A stretch of DNA of 64,000 nucleotides from Antechinus flavipes (Eukaryota): the NCBI RefSeq assembly GCF_016432865.1, contig NC_067398.1:654906001-654970000 (forward strand). The letters are read 5' to 3'. The position numbers and the translations under genes are program-made. Position 1 is the stretch's first letter. Each line of letters opens with the position of its first letter. The notes under the pieces were generated by a model. It saw only the letters and a program-made list of their open reading frames with translations. It searched no databases and had not been told where the DNA came from. Shown here piece after piece: positions 1-15,024 of this stretch.

Positions 1-174
1 TTTGATGTTATACATGCATAATCATTTTAAACATATATGCATATTTGCCATGTTGTACAAGACAAATCGAACCAAAAAGGGAAAAAAAAAACCATAAGAA
101 AGAAAAGGCAAAGAAAAACAAATAACAAAAAAAAAAAAAAAAGTGAAAATGCCTTGCTTTGATCCATCTTCAGT

Positions 175-1010
175 CTCAATTCTTTCTCTGGATTTGGATG
201 GCATTTTCCAAGTCTGTTGGAATTGTCAACAAAATTACATGCTAATTCAAAAAGTTATCAAACTGTGCATACCCTTTGATCCAGCAGTGTTTCGACTGGG
301 TCTGTATCCCAAAGAGATTTTAAAGGAGGGAAAAGGACTCACATGTGCAAAAATGTTTGTGGCAGTCCTTTTTGTAGTGGCAAGAAACTGGAAACTGAGC
401 GGATGGTCATCAGTTGAAGAATGGCTGAGTAAATTGTGGTATATGAATGTTATGAAATATTACATTCTATAAGAAATGATCAGTAGGATGATTTCAGAGA
501 GGCCTGGAGAGACTTATATGAACTGATACTAAATGAAATGAGCAGGACCAGGAAACCATTGTACATAGCAACAAGAAGATTATATGATGATCAATTCTGA
601 TGGATGTGGCTCTTCTCAACAATGATACAATTCAGGACAATTCCAATGATCTTATGATGATGAGAGTCATCTATACCCAGAGAGAGGTCTGTGGGAACTG
701 AGTGTAGATTACAACATAGCATTTTCATTTCTTTTATTATTGTTTGCTTGAATTTTATTTTCTTTATCATTTTTTTCTTTTTGATCTGATTTTTCTTGTG
801 CAACAAGATAATTGTATAAATACACATATATATATATTGGATTTAATATATATTTTAACATGTTTAACATAGTTGGATTACTTGCCATGTAGGGAAAGGA
901 GGGGAAGAAGGAGGGGAAAATTTGGAACACAAAGTTTTGTAAGGGTCAATGTTGAAAAATTATCCATGCATATGTTTTGAAAATAAAAAACTTTAACAAA
1001 AAAAATACAT
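175..1010 (+). mobile_element. 5'-truncated marsupial LINE-1 (ORF2 C-terminus, 3' UTR, A-tail)
   Basis: Translates to KLCIPFDPAV...CAKMFVAVLFVVARNWKL...KLWYMNVMKYY, the L1 ORF2 end. It is followed by the 3' UTR shared with other copies in the window and an A-rich tail. Confidence 0.9.
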
Positions 1011-4000
1011 GCTAATGAGAAAGAAAACAAGAACATAAAAATGTATGTAGTATAAATATATAATGAATAAATACATACATATACATTTTATATGGAGATA
1101 TGTATTATATATATGTGTGTGTATAGAGATATATCCACACACACATACATACCAAGTAATTAAATAAATACAAGATAGTTTGGGAGAAAGGGAGATAGCA
1201 GATGATGGAAGAGGGGAGGGGATCAGGAAAGGCTTCATTCAGAAAATGATGCCTGAACCAGATCTTTGAAAGGAAGACAGAGATTCTATGAATTGAAGAT
1301 AAGAAGGGTGTGTGTTATAATCAGAGGGATGGCTAGGGCAAATGCACCCAAATAGATGAAGCATCATGCTTGAAGGAAGAATAAAGAGGTGGACAGTTTG
1401 TCTGGATTGCAAAGTTCAGGAAGAGGGATAACATCTAGTGAAACTGTAAAGATAAATTGGGACTAGGTTGCCTCATACTTTAAAGGATAGACAGAGATAT
1501 TTGTTTGATTTTTAGAGACAAGAGGGAGATAATGGAATTTACTGCATGGGGGATTGACTTGATCATATCTGTACTCAAGGAAACTGACTGGCAGTAATGT
1601 GAAGATTGTACTGGAGTGGGGAGTGAAAGATAGGGAGAAAAAGATGAGGAGACTGATAAGAAAACTGCTGCAATAAGGTATATGAGGAGAAGGTGTCACA
1701 TGTAAGAGAAGTTGTGAAAGCAGAAAAGGCAAGCTTTGGCAACTGATTCAATGTGGTGATGGGGGGGGAGTGAAAAGTTCAGGATGATACTAAGAATATA
1801 AGCCTGAGACATTTGCTAATCTTTAAAGATAGGAAGACAAAATGAAGTCCCTACCTTTAAAAAGCTTGTATTCTACTTACCAAAAAAACCTCTATGTGGA
1901 TGACACATGTCGACATGCAGAGACAACATATTCTAAGGAGGGCAATTAGAAAACGATTTCCATAGGGAATAATGCAAAATTAGAGCTGTGAAGTAAGAGT
2001 CTGCAGATTCTAGGAGACCTAGATGGGCCAAAACATTCTCTGCATGATGACGGAAGCAGGATTTGCAGTGCCATGTTTAAAGAAAGCAAGTAATTAGGTC
2101 AAGTTGACATTCATTTATTCCATACTCACTGTGTGCCAAGATGGGATACAAAATAAAACAAAAAGACTACCCACAAGGAACTCACATTCTAATGGATAAT
2201 ATAAACCACATAAAACCACATAAAAACAGCTAGGTACATACAAGATATAGGCAGTATAAATGGAAGACATTCACAATAGTTAGGACAGAATATAAAGGGC
2301 AATATCATGAAATAAGCCTAAAAAAGCCAGAACCAAACTGTAAAACACTTTAAATACCAAGCTGAGAAGTCCCCATTTATCCTAGAGGCAATAGGGAGCC
2401 ACTAAAGTAGTAGAGTGACATAGTCATGTTTGTGTTCAAGATAGATCATCTGGGAAGTTGTGGGTAGGATGGATTGGAGAAGGGAGAGATTAGAGCAGAA
2501 ATACCAATTTTTTTTTTTATTGAACTACATTAAAAATAAGAAAAAACAAAATAGGAAATAGAGACAGAAAATGAAAATAAAAAAAACACAAAACAAAATA
2601 TTGTCTTGTGCCCAGCAGAACATCATGGGGGATTCAAAATATATAATAATAAATTTCAATTTCATGAAAACATACATAATAATAGATGAAAGTATATTCA
2701 TAAATGTCCATCTTTTCTTTGCTTCCTTGTAGGCTAATATGTTCTCTGCTGAGTTTCTTTTTACTTTTTCCCCCTTTCATTTCCCCCACCTCCTCCAAGT
2801 AGGCTACAATTAAGCACAGATATATTTATATTTAGATCTAGATATCTACATATAGATATAGATATAGATCTCAGAGATACCAATTAGGAGGCTGTCATAT
2901 ACAGCCCCAAGAAGGAGAGGATAAGAAACTGAACTAGCCTGGTAACTATGTGAATGGAGAGGAAGGGCTAAATGTGAGAAATATGAGGAAATAGAATTGA
3001 CAAGACTTGTTCATGGATAATATAGATAGTGAAGAAGTGGAAATGATCTAGGATGACCCAGAAGTCATGAATTTAGGTATCTTCAACAAAAATAGAGAAG
3101 TTTGGAGGAGGAGAAGGAAAGACAAGGGAAGATAATGAATTTTATTCTGAACATGTTGAGTTTAAGATTGTTATATGGATAACCAGGTGGAGGTATTTAG
3201 CACATAGTTGTTAATATAGGATAAGAGCTAAGGAATGGATACATAGATCTGCATTGATGTGAAGGTGAGATCACGTAGCAAAAGAGAAGTAAGCCCAGAA
3301 GAGAGCATTAAGGGATATCCATGATTAGGAGGCTAATAAACCGTTAATATAAAACAAGTTTTTTTAACCCAACAAAACATGTAAATGATTCATTAGCTTC
3401 TATCATCACAAGACCCATTTCAGGATGGGCACCACAATCAATGGGTACCAAATTCCTATCTTCCTTCTTTTCCTAATCCTTATGATTCAGAGTCACTGCT
3501 GCCTAGGAGAAAACCCACTTCCTCTGCTATTATTTCTTGCTTTCTTTGCCCCTGTCCACCTCAGCTCTTCCTTTCCTGAGCCCCAATCTGGCTCTGTCAT
3601 ATCCTTAGAAATACCTATTCTATTGCAGACAAACTTCCCTTCGCCATGAGTTTCTTTCTCTTACTGTTTTTATATTTTTTGCACTAATGACAACCTAATT
3701 CCCCCCAAATACTCTGCATCTTTGAGCACCCTATCCAGCAAAGGATGCACCTACTGTAATCATTTGCTTTAATGGTAATTTCATCATTCAAAAGGTGGAG
3801 TAATGCATACCCAAGATATATATGGAATATATAGAATTGATTCAATTTCATAATAACAAGAGATATTTCTCAATAGGTAAATGACTAAATGATATAAATA
3901 GACCATTCTCTGTATCTTTTTTGGGGAGGAGGGAGATACAACAATTGGGGTTAAGTGACTTACCCACAGTCATCCAGCTAAGAAGTATAAAGTATCTGAA

Positions 4001-4394
4001 ACTGAATTTGAATTCAGGTCCTCTTGACTCCAGGGTCAGTGCTCTATCCACTATGCCATCTACCTGTCCCTAATTAGACCATTCTCAAAGAATGAAATAG
4101 AAATCAACAAAACCAAGTGGTCTAATGAAAAAAAAAGCTCTACTAAATAGTTAATAATGTTTAGCATTAACATAAGGTTTGCAGACTACTTTATACATAT
4201 TATCTCATTTGATTCTCACTACAACCCTGAAAGGTGGGTCCTATTATTATTCTCATTTTACAGATGAAGAAAGTGAGACAGAGAAGTGTTAAGTGATTTC
4301 CTCAGAGTCACATAATTATCTGAGACTGAATTTCAACTTTAGGTTCAGTGCTGCATTCACTGCATCACCTAGTTGCAAATTAAAATTAAAGCAA

Positions 4395-5170
4395 ATCTGA
4401 GTTTACACTTCCCACGTATCAGAATGACAAATGGGACAAAAAAAAAAGTTGGAGGGACTGTACAAAAATAGGTACACTGATGCACTGTTGGTAAAGCTAT
4501 GAATTGGTCCAACCAACAGGGAAGAAATGTGGAGTTCTGCCCAAAAAAGTCATTAAACTATGCATGTTTTTGACCCAACAATACCATTTCTGGGTCTAGA
4601 CCTCCAAAGAAATCTAAGAAAAAGAGAAAGACCACATGTGTACAAAAAGAAATACTTAGAATAGTTTTGTTTGTGGTGGCTAAGAAATAGAAACCAAGGA
4701 AGAAACCATCAATTGGGGAACGGCGGACAAGCTATGGCATATGGATGCCCCATAAAAAATGATGAAATGAGAAACCTGAGAAGACTTCTATGAACTGATC
4801 CAGAATGAAGAGAGAAGAGCCAAGAAAACAATTTCTCTAATAATAACATTATAAAGAAAAAAACAGCTTTGAGAGACTTGAGAACTCTGACAAATATAAT
4901 AATAAATCCTAAATCCAGAAAAATTACATCAACTGAGCTATTCATCTCTGAACAGAATGGTGATGGCCTCCAAGTACAGACTACATTTTTAAATACAGTA
5001 AATGTGGGGATTTATTTTGCTTGACCATGAATACTTTGTTTTTCTTTTTCTATTTTTTCTCCATAGCACAAAGGGTAGGAAAACGAGGAAGGATAGAGTT
5101 AGAGAAGCAAAAATAGAGGGGGAAAAATAATGTTTGTTTTTTAAATGAAGAGAGGAAAAAAACAAAACAA
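4395..5170 (+). mobile_element. Older, diverged LINE-1 3' end
   Basis: Degenerate match to the same ORF2-end and 3' UTR layout (GGTACACTGATGCACTGTTGG..., CAATTGGGGAA...). Confidence 0.7.
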
Positions 5171-5483
5171 AAGGGAGACCAGAAAGGTCTGGAGAGTTCA
5201 CATGTTGAATTTATTAGGTACTGGGACCACTAGGTGGCACTCAGCTCATACCATGCTGAACCAGGAGTCATGAGGACCTACATCTAAATCCAAACTCTTG
5301 ACACTAGCTGTGTGACCCTAGTCAAGTCATTTAACTTCTGCCTTTCTCAAGTTCTCCATGTATAAAATGGGTATAAGAATAGCCCTTCCCCCTAATGGTT
5401 GTTTTGAATGAAGAAAAATGACATAATATTTGTAAAAAGCATTTATATAATACCTACTACCTGTCAGGCACACTGTCCTAGTT

Positions 5484-5680
5484 TTTGCTGTTGTTCAGTT
5501 GTATCTGACTCTTTGTGACCCCATTTGGGGTTTTCTTGGTAAAGATACTGGAGTGGTTGGCCATTTCCATTTCTAGCTCATTTTATAAGTGAGGAAACTG
5601 AGGTGAAGTGACTTGCCCAGGGTCATACAGCTAGTGTCTGAGACTGGATTTGGACTCAGATCTTCCTGATTTCAGATAAT
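5484..5680 (-). mobile_element. CORE-SINE with RTE-like tail (MAR1-like); similar copies at ~7410-7640 (-), ~9855-10075 (+), ~23425-23635 (+), ~24945-25140 (+), ~52885-53075 (+)
   Basis: Shared segments GACCCCATTTGGGGTTTTCTTGG, GATACTGGAGTGGTTGGCCATTTCC and GAGGAAACTGAGG...GTGACTTGCCCAGGGTCA. Confidence 0.7.
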
Positions 5681-8600
5681 AATCCTTCCTGCCTCAACTT
5701 TATGCACAATAAATTTCTGATGGGTATTTTTTAAAGGGAAAAAAGTAGAGAAGTTAATGAGGGGAGATTCTTGATTAGGCCTAATCCTCATTAACAGAAA
5801 GGAACTGATTGCTGAAGTGGAAATGATGAATGGGAATTCTGTGGTTGGAGGGAAGGAAGGGACAGGGAAAGTGATTACTGCCTCCTAAAGATTGTGATAG
5901 AGAGAGGAAATCTGAACATAATCTGACATGTACTCTGGTTTTGGAGGAAGAAAGTTACAAGGTTCAGAAGAAGAATAGGGAGGATCATGAGAATCCAAAC
6001 TCTTTAAGAGAAGTGAACCTGAGAGAAATGGAAAAGATCTCACAAACTGACATTCGAAGACACAAAGGGAAACAAATCAGTAAGGCAGAAAAAAAGTAGC
6101 ATTGTCTGAAGAAACTGAAGTGGAAGCAAAGAGAGCTCATTAACCAGATTAGATTTTTACAAAGATCTACACAGGAAGCAAGCATCAGGTAGCAGGAGGC
6201 ATTGAGGTACCTCAAAATAGTATCAAGAATACTGAATCTCTGAATGCTTGAGAAGTGAACTAGTCAAGCTAACAGAGAAAATATTTTTAATAATTAATTT
6301 GAAAATATATTGAATGGGGGAAGCTAATGGTGGATAGAGCACCACCCTGGAGTTTAGAGGAGCTGAATTCAAATTTGACTCAGACACTTAAGTGTCTGAC
6401 CCTAGGCAAGTCATTTAATTCCAGTTGCCCCCCACCACCACAAAGTTATATGTGTGTACATGTATGTATATGCATAGACATACACACACATATATATATA
6501 TATATATATAAAGGGAGAAATTAGATTAGATTAAATGAAAGATCAATTGAGATAAAAATGGGTTTAGGGAGGGACAGAATGAAGATAAAACAGAGGCAAA
6601 TTGGGGGCAAAAAAGATGGAGAATACCTTCTGTGCCACTTCCCTGCCCACTTACTTTTCCTTCTACTTTCTCTACCAAAGGGAATGATCTTTGTATCAGA
6701 TATGCTAGAACAGGAAAATGCAAGTCAATCTGGGTGAGGAAAGGAAAGAGAGCCTTGTTGCCTCTAATGAATTCAGGTTATTTGGCCAGAAGAACAACAT
6801 CCCTCAATATTGAAATGAGATCTTCTTTATCCTATGTTTAGTAAAGTACACCTAGCACTTTCTGAAAGATAGTGGAGTCATTGTGGGTAATACTTGAAAG
6901 GTGATAGAAAACGGTGGCAGGGTCTCAGGACTGAAGAAGGGGAGGAGGGCAAATGACCTGCTTGACAAAAAAAAGAACAGATTCCTAAACTTGGCTTCCA
7001 CTTCTGGGTCATTAAAGAGATGATTAGTGAACAAGTAGAAAAGCAAACAATTATTCCAACGGACCAGCATGGTCTCACTCAGAACAGGTCATGCAGAACC
7101 CTTTTTAAAAGGGTCAATGATGTGGTTTGCCTAAATTTTTAGCAAAGCATTTAGTAGAGGATCTCATGCGCTTCTGATAGAAAAGATGGAGACTTGTGGA
7201 CTATGTGATATTTAAATTAGATGCACTTAAAGCCAATTGAATAACTAGATTAAAAGTCAGTGGTTAAATACCAGTTTGTCAGGAGGTCTCCAGTAATGAA
7301 GCCTAAGGACCTGTGCTGGGTCTTGCAGTAATTAACATTTTTGTCATAGTAGTGCTTACTATTTTGTAACAGCAAAGAACTGAAAACAAAGGAGATGTAC
7401 ATTAATTAGTTGTTTTAAGTTGTCTCAGTCACGTCTGACTCTTTATGACCTTATTTGGGGGTTTTCTCAGCAGAGATACAGGAGCTATTTGCCATTTCCT
7501 TCTCTAGATCATTTTACAGATAAGGAAATTGAGGCAAACAGGACTAAGAGACTTGCTCAGGGTCACGCATTGAATAAGTGTCTGAGATCAGATTTGAACT
7601 CAGGAAGATGTCTTCCTGACTCCAGGTTTGGCATTCCACCACCTAGCTGCTCAGTTCTAGATATACAAACAAAAAAGAAGGCACTCCCTGTTATTAAATA
7701 GCTTAGAGTCTAATAGGTATCTCAGAGTTGCATTTGGGGGAGTTGTTTTGCTTGAATGTTTTTTCCCTACCCTTTTTAAGAATTCTCTATTACAAGGAAT
7801 GGCTTCATTGTAGGGGAAAAGAGGAAGAATTGATTTGGGAATGAAAATAGTATAAACACACCAAAAAAATCAATAAATGTTTTTAAAAATATGTTTGTTA
7901 GTGATTTAGATAAAGGCCTAGTTCATGTGCTCTTTACATTTAAACGTAATGCTAAAATAAGGGAAATGATTGCTTGCCCTTTTTTTTTTTATCATTTTTT
8001 TCCTTTTTTGATCTGATTTTTCTTGTGCAGCAAGATAATTGTGGAAATGTGTATAGAAGAATTACACTTTTAACATATATTGGATTACTTGCTGTCTAGG
8101 GGAGAGGATGGGGGAAAGGAGGGAGAGACATTTGGAACACGGGGTTTTGCAAGGGTAAATCTTGAAAACTATCTGCAACAACAAAAAAAAAAAGGTTCAT
8201 ACAACTGAAACAACTAAAGTACACAAGGTAATTTTAGTCGGAAAGATACAAGCAACAGGAAAGGATTAGAAAAGATTTCCTGTAAAAGATGATAGTTGAG
8301 CTGAACTTTGAAGATAATTAAGGATTTTGAAGGGGAAGAGGTAATGTATTATGGGCATAGCGAGACAGTCTGGACAAAGATCAGAGACAGAATGTTGAGG
8401 AACAGCAAGAATGCCTATTTGGTTGGGGCATAGATAAAGTTCATGAAGGGAAGGAATATATAATAAGAATGGAAAAGTAGGTTGGAGTCAGATTGCAAAG
8501 GGCTTTCAATGCTGGATTTCATTGTTTATATCTATTATCTCATTTGATTCTCATAACAATCCTGGGATGTGCGCTGTTATTCCCATTTTATAGCTGAAGA

Positions 8601-11600
8601 AATTGAGGCAGGCAGAGAGGTTCATTGACTAACCCATCATTGTTTGTAAAGAAATAATAATTAGGAGCTGCTGGAATTTTTCTGATTAAAAGAGTGACAT
8701 GATAAGATATGTTCTTTAAGAAAAACATTTTGACGGGGAGCTAAGTGAGAAGGAAAAAGAATGAACATTTATCAAGCACCTTATGTGCTAGGTTCTCTAT
8801 TAAGCACTTCTGGAATGTAGGTGCTATTATCCCTGTTTTACAGTTGAGGAAACTGAAACAGGCAGAGGTTAATTGACTTACCTAGTGTTACACAACTAGT
8901 AAGGGCCTGAAGCCAGATATGAACTTAGACCTTCATGGATTTAGGCCTAATGCTTTAGCCACTGCAGTGCACTAGTTGAAAACAGAAGGGAGACCATTTA
9001 GGAGATTATCACCTTAGTACAAGAGACAAGGTTGATGATAGCCTGAACTAGGGTGGTGGCTATGTGAGTCGACACAGGGAAACAAATGTAAGAAATGTTG
9101 AAAGGAGGAAGAAAAATTTGGAATATAAGGTTTTGCAAAGGTGAATGCTGAAAACTATCTTTTCATGTAGTTTGAAAAATAAAAAGCTATTATTATTTTT
9201 TTTAATCCAAAACAGGTAAATTAATTCCATTTTAAGAAAACCTGAAAAAAAGTTAAAAGGTTAAAATGACAGGATTTGACAAGTAATTATATATGTGAGA
9301 TAAGTAAGAGTGAGTGGCCAAAGATTATGAACCTGGGTGCCTGGAAGTTTGGCGATAGTCTTGATAAAAATGGGGAAGTTCAGAAGGAATGTTAGGACTG
9401 GATATACAAATTTATCTACACAGATAGTAAATAAACTTTTGAGACCTGATGAGATCATCAAGTATAAAAAGAGATGAGAAAAGGGAGCAGGACTGACTCA
9501 GGGATATACCTATATTTGGGAGTCAGCATATAGGAGGAGAACCAAAATTAAAGGGAAGATGCCATAAAAATCTGGAATTGGAAATATCTTGAACAGGAAG
9601 CTGGTGGATCTGAACTAGATACTGCAGAGATAGAAAAAAATAAGCCTGTGAGGATTAGTTAGAGAAACCAGATATCTAGTCTGGAGAAGACTGGGAGAGT
9701 GGTATTCAAAGATTGAAAGGAAGAAGGATTTCCCTCATTGTGTCTGGTCTTAGAAGAGAGAATCAGGAACAAATGGTGAGAGAAAATTTAATTTCAATGA
9801 CAGGAGAAACTCCCTGACAACTAGAAATATCCTAAAGTAGAATTGAGGGCATTTAAGTGATACAGGGGATCAAACATGGGGCCTGGAGTCAGGAAAATCT
9901 TAGTTTGAATAAAGCTTCATACAATTATTATCTGTGTGACTCTGGGCAAGTCACTTACCACTGCCTCAGTTTCCTCATTTGTTAAATGGAATGAAGAAGA
10001 AAATAGCAAACCAGTCTCTTTGCCAAGAAAACTTCAATAAGATTGTGTAGAGTTGGACATGACTGAAATGATTGCACAGAAAGTGGATTATATTAAAGCT
10101 CCATCTAACGCTTAAATTCTGATTCTGTAAAAGGAGATTGTTGATTGATGTCAAAACAAAAGATTTTGAAAGTGACACTGATCAAGGATTAAATTTATTC
10201 CTGTTTTGGGGAAGCCAGGTTGTCACCACTGCAAGAAGAAGGAAGGAGTATAAGAGGAAGAGATTTAAGAAGGGAAGTTTGTCTGCAATAGAGTGAGGAC
10301 TTCTGAGGATATAGTGGAAGGGAAGGGGAGGGCCAGACTGAGGCTCAGGATAGGAAGGGCTGGAGTAGATGGAGAAAAGAAAGAGCAGAGAGTAGTCATA
10401 GGGGAAGTGGGTTTTCTCCTAGGCAGCCAGTGATTCTGAATCATATGAATTAAGAGAGGAAGGAAGGAAGAATTGACTAGTTACAGGATGAGAATGTGGC
10501 TCCCCTTCTCAAGAATCCTGTGATAGTGGAGGGCAATGACTCATTTGCATGCTTTGTTGGGTTAAATAAACATTATTCTATAGATGAACCTCCAAGTCTC
10601 TTTCCTGGGTCCATTTCTCTTCCTATATCCACTCTCAAGATGCTCTCACCGCCCATGGGTCTTAATATCATCTAAATATAGATGGTTTCCAGATTTATGT
10701 ATCCATCCTCATTTTCTCCTGAGCTCTGGTCCCACATAAACTGCATGCTGAACATCCCCGCCTGAATGTTCCCATAAGCATCTCAAACTCAACTTGTTCA
10801 GAACAGAACCCATTTTCTTTCACCTCTCGAAAAAAAAATTTGTCCCTCCTCTTCTTCATACTGCTTCTCTTCCTCTTTTTCCTTTTCCAAACTTCCCTGT
10901 TTATGTTGAGAGCAACTAAGTTTACAATCTCAAGATCATTCCAATTTCTTCCCTCTCTCTTTCATGGACAAGGCTTGTCAATTCTACTTCATCTCTCACG
11001 TCCAGTCTCTCCCCTCCACTGAGATAGCCATCACCCTATTTTGGGACCTCATCCCCTCTCTCCTGACCTACTGAATACAACAGTCTTCCAAATTGGGAAG
11101 AAGTGGTTAAGAGAAACTCAGTTTCCTAAGTCCTCCAGCCAAATTGATGAAGTTACAAGTATGATCCCTTTAGTAGAAGTACATGGTCTCTGTTGTTATT
11201 TATCCTTTTTTTCTCAAAATAGAGCAATGGCATCAAGGAGGTGATGCTATGACATGCAAGTGAATTGGTTTTAAGGAAAGGAAATTGCACTTCGCTGTGC
11301 AAAGTTATCAGCCTCACTTTCTCCTCCAGAGCCATCTGGGTCCAATGGCCAGACATGGATGACTGCAAATGTCCCTGGATGCAGTGGGAATCCTTGTCCT
11401 TTTAAAGCTAATACTTGGAGTTCTAGTCCTTTGCTGAAAGCATAGAGAACTCAGTTGTTTCCCAGTGACTAGATTTGCCTCTGAGATGATTGGTGATTGA
11501 GTCAGGGGGGGTGGATTCTTGGCAGAGGAATTGCATTTTTTCTTGTCATCTCTAAGAGTGAATTATGATATGGCTCACCCTGTTTTTCAATTTTCTTTTC

Positions 11601-11799
11601 TTGAGATTTCTCTTCCTTAGACTTATAATAATATAATAATAGCAAGAGTCATAGTAGGGCACTTGGAGGACTTCTGAGAATTGTAGTAACTATGTAAAAG
11701 TTTCTCTAATAAAAATTCACATTGTAAATAATTTTTATCACAAAGTATTTCCATTAGTATTATATGTAATAGGGAGAACCTGAAGCCTTCCAGTAAGAT

Positions 11800-12960
11800 G
11801 TAAGGTTGCCCATTATCACTACTACTATTCCATATTGTACTAGAATTGTTAGTTTTAGCTATTAGAAAAGAAAAAAAAATTGAAGGAATTTGAGAAGATA
11901 ATGAAGGAACAAAGCTAGAACTCTTTGCAGATGACATGATGGTATACTTAAAGAATCAACTAAAAAACTACTAGAAACATTTAACAACTTTAGCAAAATT
12001 GCAGGATATAAAATAAACCCACATAACCAACAAAGTCCAGGAGCAAGAGATAGAAAAAGAAATTCCATTTAAAATAACTGTAGATGATAATATAAAGCAT
12101 TTGGGAATTTATCTGCCAAGACAAATTCAGGAACTATATGAGCACAATTACAAAACACTTTTCACATAAAGTTAGATGTAAACAAGTGGAATAATATCAA
12201 GTATTCATGGGTAAATCAAGCTAATATAATAAAAATGACAAGTTTACCTAAATTAATCTACTTTTTAGTGCCATATCAATCAAATTGCCAAGAAATTATT
12301 TTATAGAGCTAGGAAAAATTGCACATGTTTAACTTGTATTGGATTACTTGCTGTCTAGGAAAGGTGGGGAGGGGGGGAGAAAAATTTGGAACACAAGGTT
12401 TTGCAAGGGTGAATGTTGAAAAGTATTTTGCATAAATGTTTATAGCAGCTCTTTTTGGGGTAGCAAAGAAGTGGTAAATGAGTACGTGTCCATCAATTAG
12501 GGAATGGTTGAACTAGTTATGATATATGAAGATAATGAAATATTATTGTTCTATAAAAAATACTGTACAAGCTGATTTTAGAAAGACCTGGAAAGATTTA
12601 CATGAACTGAAGCTGAGTGAAACAAGTAGAACCAGGAATACATTGTACAAAATAACAGCAAGAATGTGTGATGAGTTTGGTTCTTCTCAATGGTTAAGTG
12701 ATTTAAAGCAATCCCAATAGATTTGGGACAGAAAATGCCATCTACATCCAGAAAAAGGGCCAAGGAGATTGAATGTAAACCAACACATGCTATGTTTAGT
12801 TCTTTTTTTTTTTAATCTCTACCACAGTTTTCCCATTTTGCTTTGATTTTTCTCTCCCAATATGATTCATAAAACAATGTGTGTTAAAAATAAATAAAAA
12901 TTAAATTAAATTAATAAAACTATTTTGCATGAATTTGGAAAAATAAAAAGCTATTGTTAT
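11800..12960 (+). mobile_element. Internally deleted / mosaic LINE-1 ORF2 and 3' end
   Basis: The RT motif region (KLELFADDMMVYL) at ~11905-11950 jumps to ORF2-end and 3' UTR pieces. Confidence 0.8.
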
Positions 12961-13175
12961 TTTTTTTAAAGATAGAGAATTTTTAAAAAGTCAAGCATCA
13001 ACCTCCAAGAGCAAGAAAAAACATTTACTTAATTTACTTGCTTCTCAAAAAGGAAAGTCAGTCTCTCTCATTCTCCAAGAAGAGGTTCTTCAGAATTCTG
13101 CCCTATTATGCCCTAAGAATTATGACAGCAAAAAAACCCAATGTGTTTTAATTTATTTCATTAAATATTTCCCAA

Positions 13176-14009
13176 ATTGGGACTGTGAACAGATCCAACC
13201 ATTCTGGAGAGCAATTTGGAACTGTTCTCAAAAAGTTATCAAACTGTGCATACCCTTCAATCCATCAGTGTTACTACTGGGCTTATATCCCAAAGAGATC
13301 TTAAAGAAGGGAAAGGGACCCACATGTGCAAAAATATTTGTGGCAGCCCTTTTTGTAGTGGCCAGAAACTGGAAACTGAGTGGATGCCCATCAGTTGGAG
13401 AATGGCTGAATAAGTTATGGTATGTGAATATTATGGAATATTATTGTTCTGTAAGGAATGACCAGCAGGCTGGTTTCAGAGAGGCCTGGAGAGACTTACA
13501 TGAACTGATGCTAAGTGAAGTGAACAGAACCAGGAGATCATTATACACAGCAACAACAAGATTATATGATGATCAATTCTGATGGACATGGCTCTCTTCA
13601 ACATTGAGATGATTTAAACCAGTGCCACTTGTTCAGTGATGAAGAGAGCCATCTATACCCAAAAAGAGGACTAAGGGAACAAGTTGGACCACAACATAGC
13701 CTTCTCACTCTTTCTGTTGTTGTTTGCTTGCATTTTGTTTTCTTTCCTCAGTTTTTTTTCCCTTCTTGATCCGATTTTTTTTATGCAGCAAGATAACTGT
13801 ATAACTATGTATACATATATTAAATTTAACATATATTTTAAAATATTTAACATGTATTGGACTACCTGCCATATAAGGGAGGGGTGGGGGGAGGAGGGGA
13901 AAATTTGGAATGGAAGGTTTTGCAAGAGTTAATGTTGAAAAATTATCCATGCATGTGTTTTATAAATAAAAAGCTTTAATAAAAAAACTCTATGGAAAAA
14001 ATAAATAAC
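13176..14009 (+). mobile_element. 5'-truncated LINE-1 with 14-bp TSD
   Basis: TAAATATTTCCCAA at 13162-13175 and 14010-14023 flanks an ORF2-end, 3' UTR and A-tail. Confidence 0.9.
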
Positions 14010-14187
14010 TAAATATTTCCCAATTACATGTAAAAATATTTTTAACATTCTTTTAAAAATTTTTTGGATTCCCAATTCTCTCCCTCCTTGTCCCTTCTTT
14101 TCCCTATCCCCCTTAAGAAAGCAAGCAATAGGATATCAATAATACATCGAAGTCATACAGAACAAATTTCCATATTAGCCATATTGC

Positions 14188-14330
14188 NNNNNNNNNNNNN
14201 NNNNNNNNNNNNNNNNNNNNNNNNNNNNNNNNNNNNNNNNNNNNNNNNNNNNNNNNNNNNNNNNNNNNNNNNNNNNNNNNNNNNNNNNNNNNNNNNNNNN
14301 NNNNNNNNNNNNNNNNNNNNNNNNNNNNNN
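14188..14330. other. Assembly gap (143 N)
   Basis: Run of N bases. Confidence 1.
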
Positions 14331-14574
14331 TTATCCTGGGTACCTCTAAAGAGACAATCTTTCTTTAACAGAGGGCTTATATTATGAGCTATTTATCCAA
14401 TGTTTTTTGTTCATGGTCATCTCCCTAAAACAGGGAGCTAAATTAGGTTTAGGGATAATCCTTGTTCAGATTGTGACCCAGGTGTCTATATCACAAGCAG
14501 TAGAAGTGGGCTAAGAAAAGCAGTAAAGACCAGAGTTTGAAATTTAATTTCTTCCATATACTAGTTGGGAAGAA

Positions 14575-14700
14575 AAAGGGAACGTTTTTCTCATGGATGT
14601 GTGGGGGGGTGCGGGGGGCTGTCTGGGGGTGTCTGTGTGTCTCTCTGTGTGTATGTGTCTGTGTGTATTTGTGTGTGTCTGTGCATCTGTCTGTGTTTTG
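14575..14700. repeat. Imperfect (TG)n microsatellite
   Basis: TG/TC-rich run. Confidence 0.8.
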
Positions 14701-15024
14701 GATTTTTGGTGACTTCCCAATCTGGACTTTTTAGAATGAAAGAGTGACACCTAGTGGACACATATTAGGTGATGGAGGAAGCCGTTTGCCCCATAGCCAG
14801 TTCCCAGCATTCCGAATGCCTGTGTGGGAGTAAGGACTTTTCATCCACTGGGAGCAGTCCAGGAACTTGTTTTCATAGATAGATAAATAGATAAATCACA
14901 TTTCAATATAACGGGTTTCCTTTGGAATCCTATATCTTTTACTTTCTGCATTTAAAAAACAGGGGCTACTGGGTGGTGAAGTGGATAGAGATGCTGGAGT
15001 CAGGAGGACCTGTAGTTCAAATTC

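Noticed and set aside
14064-14387. 107-aa ORF
   Set aside because: Artefact of translating through the N gap.
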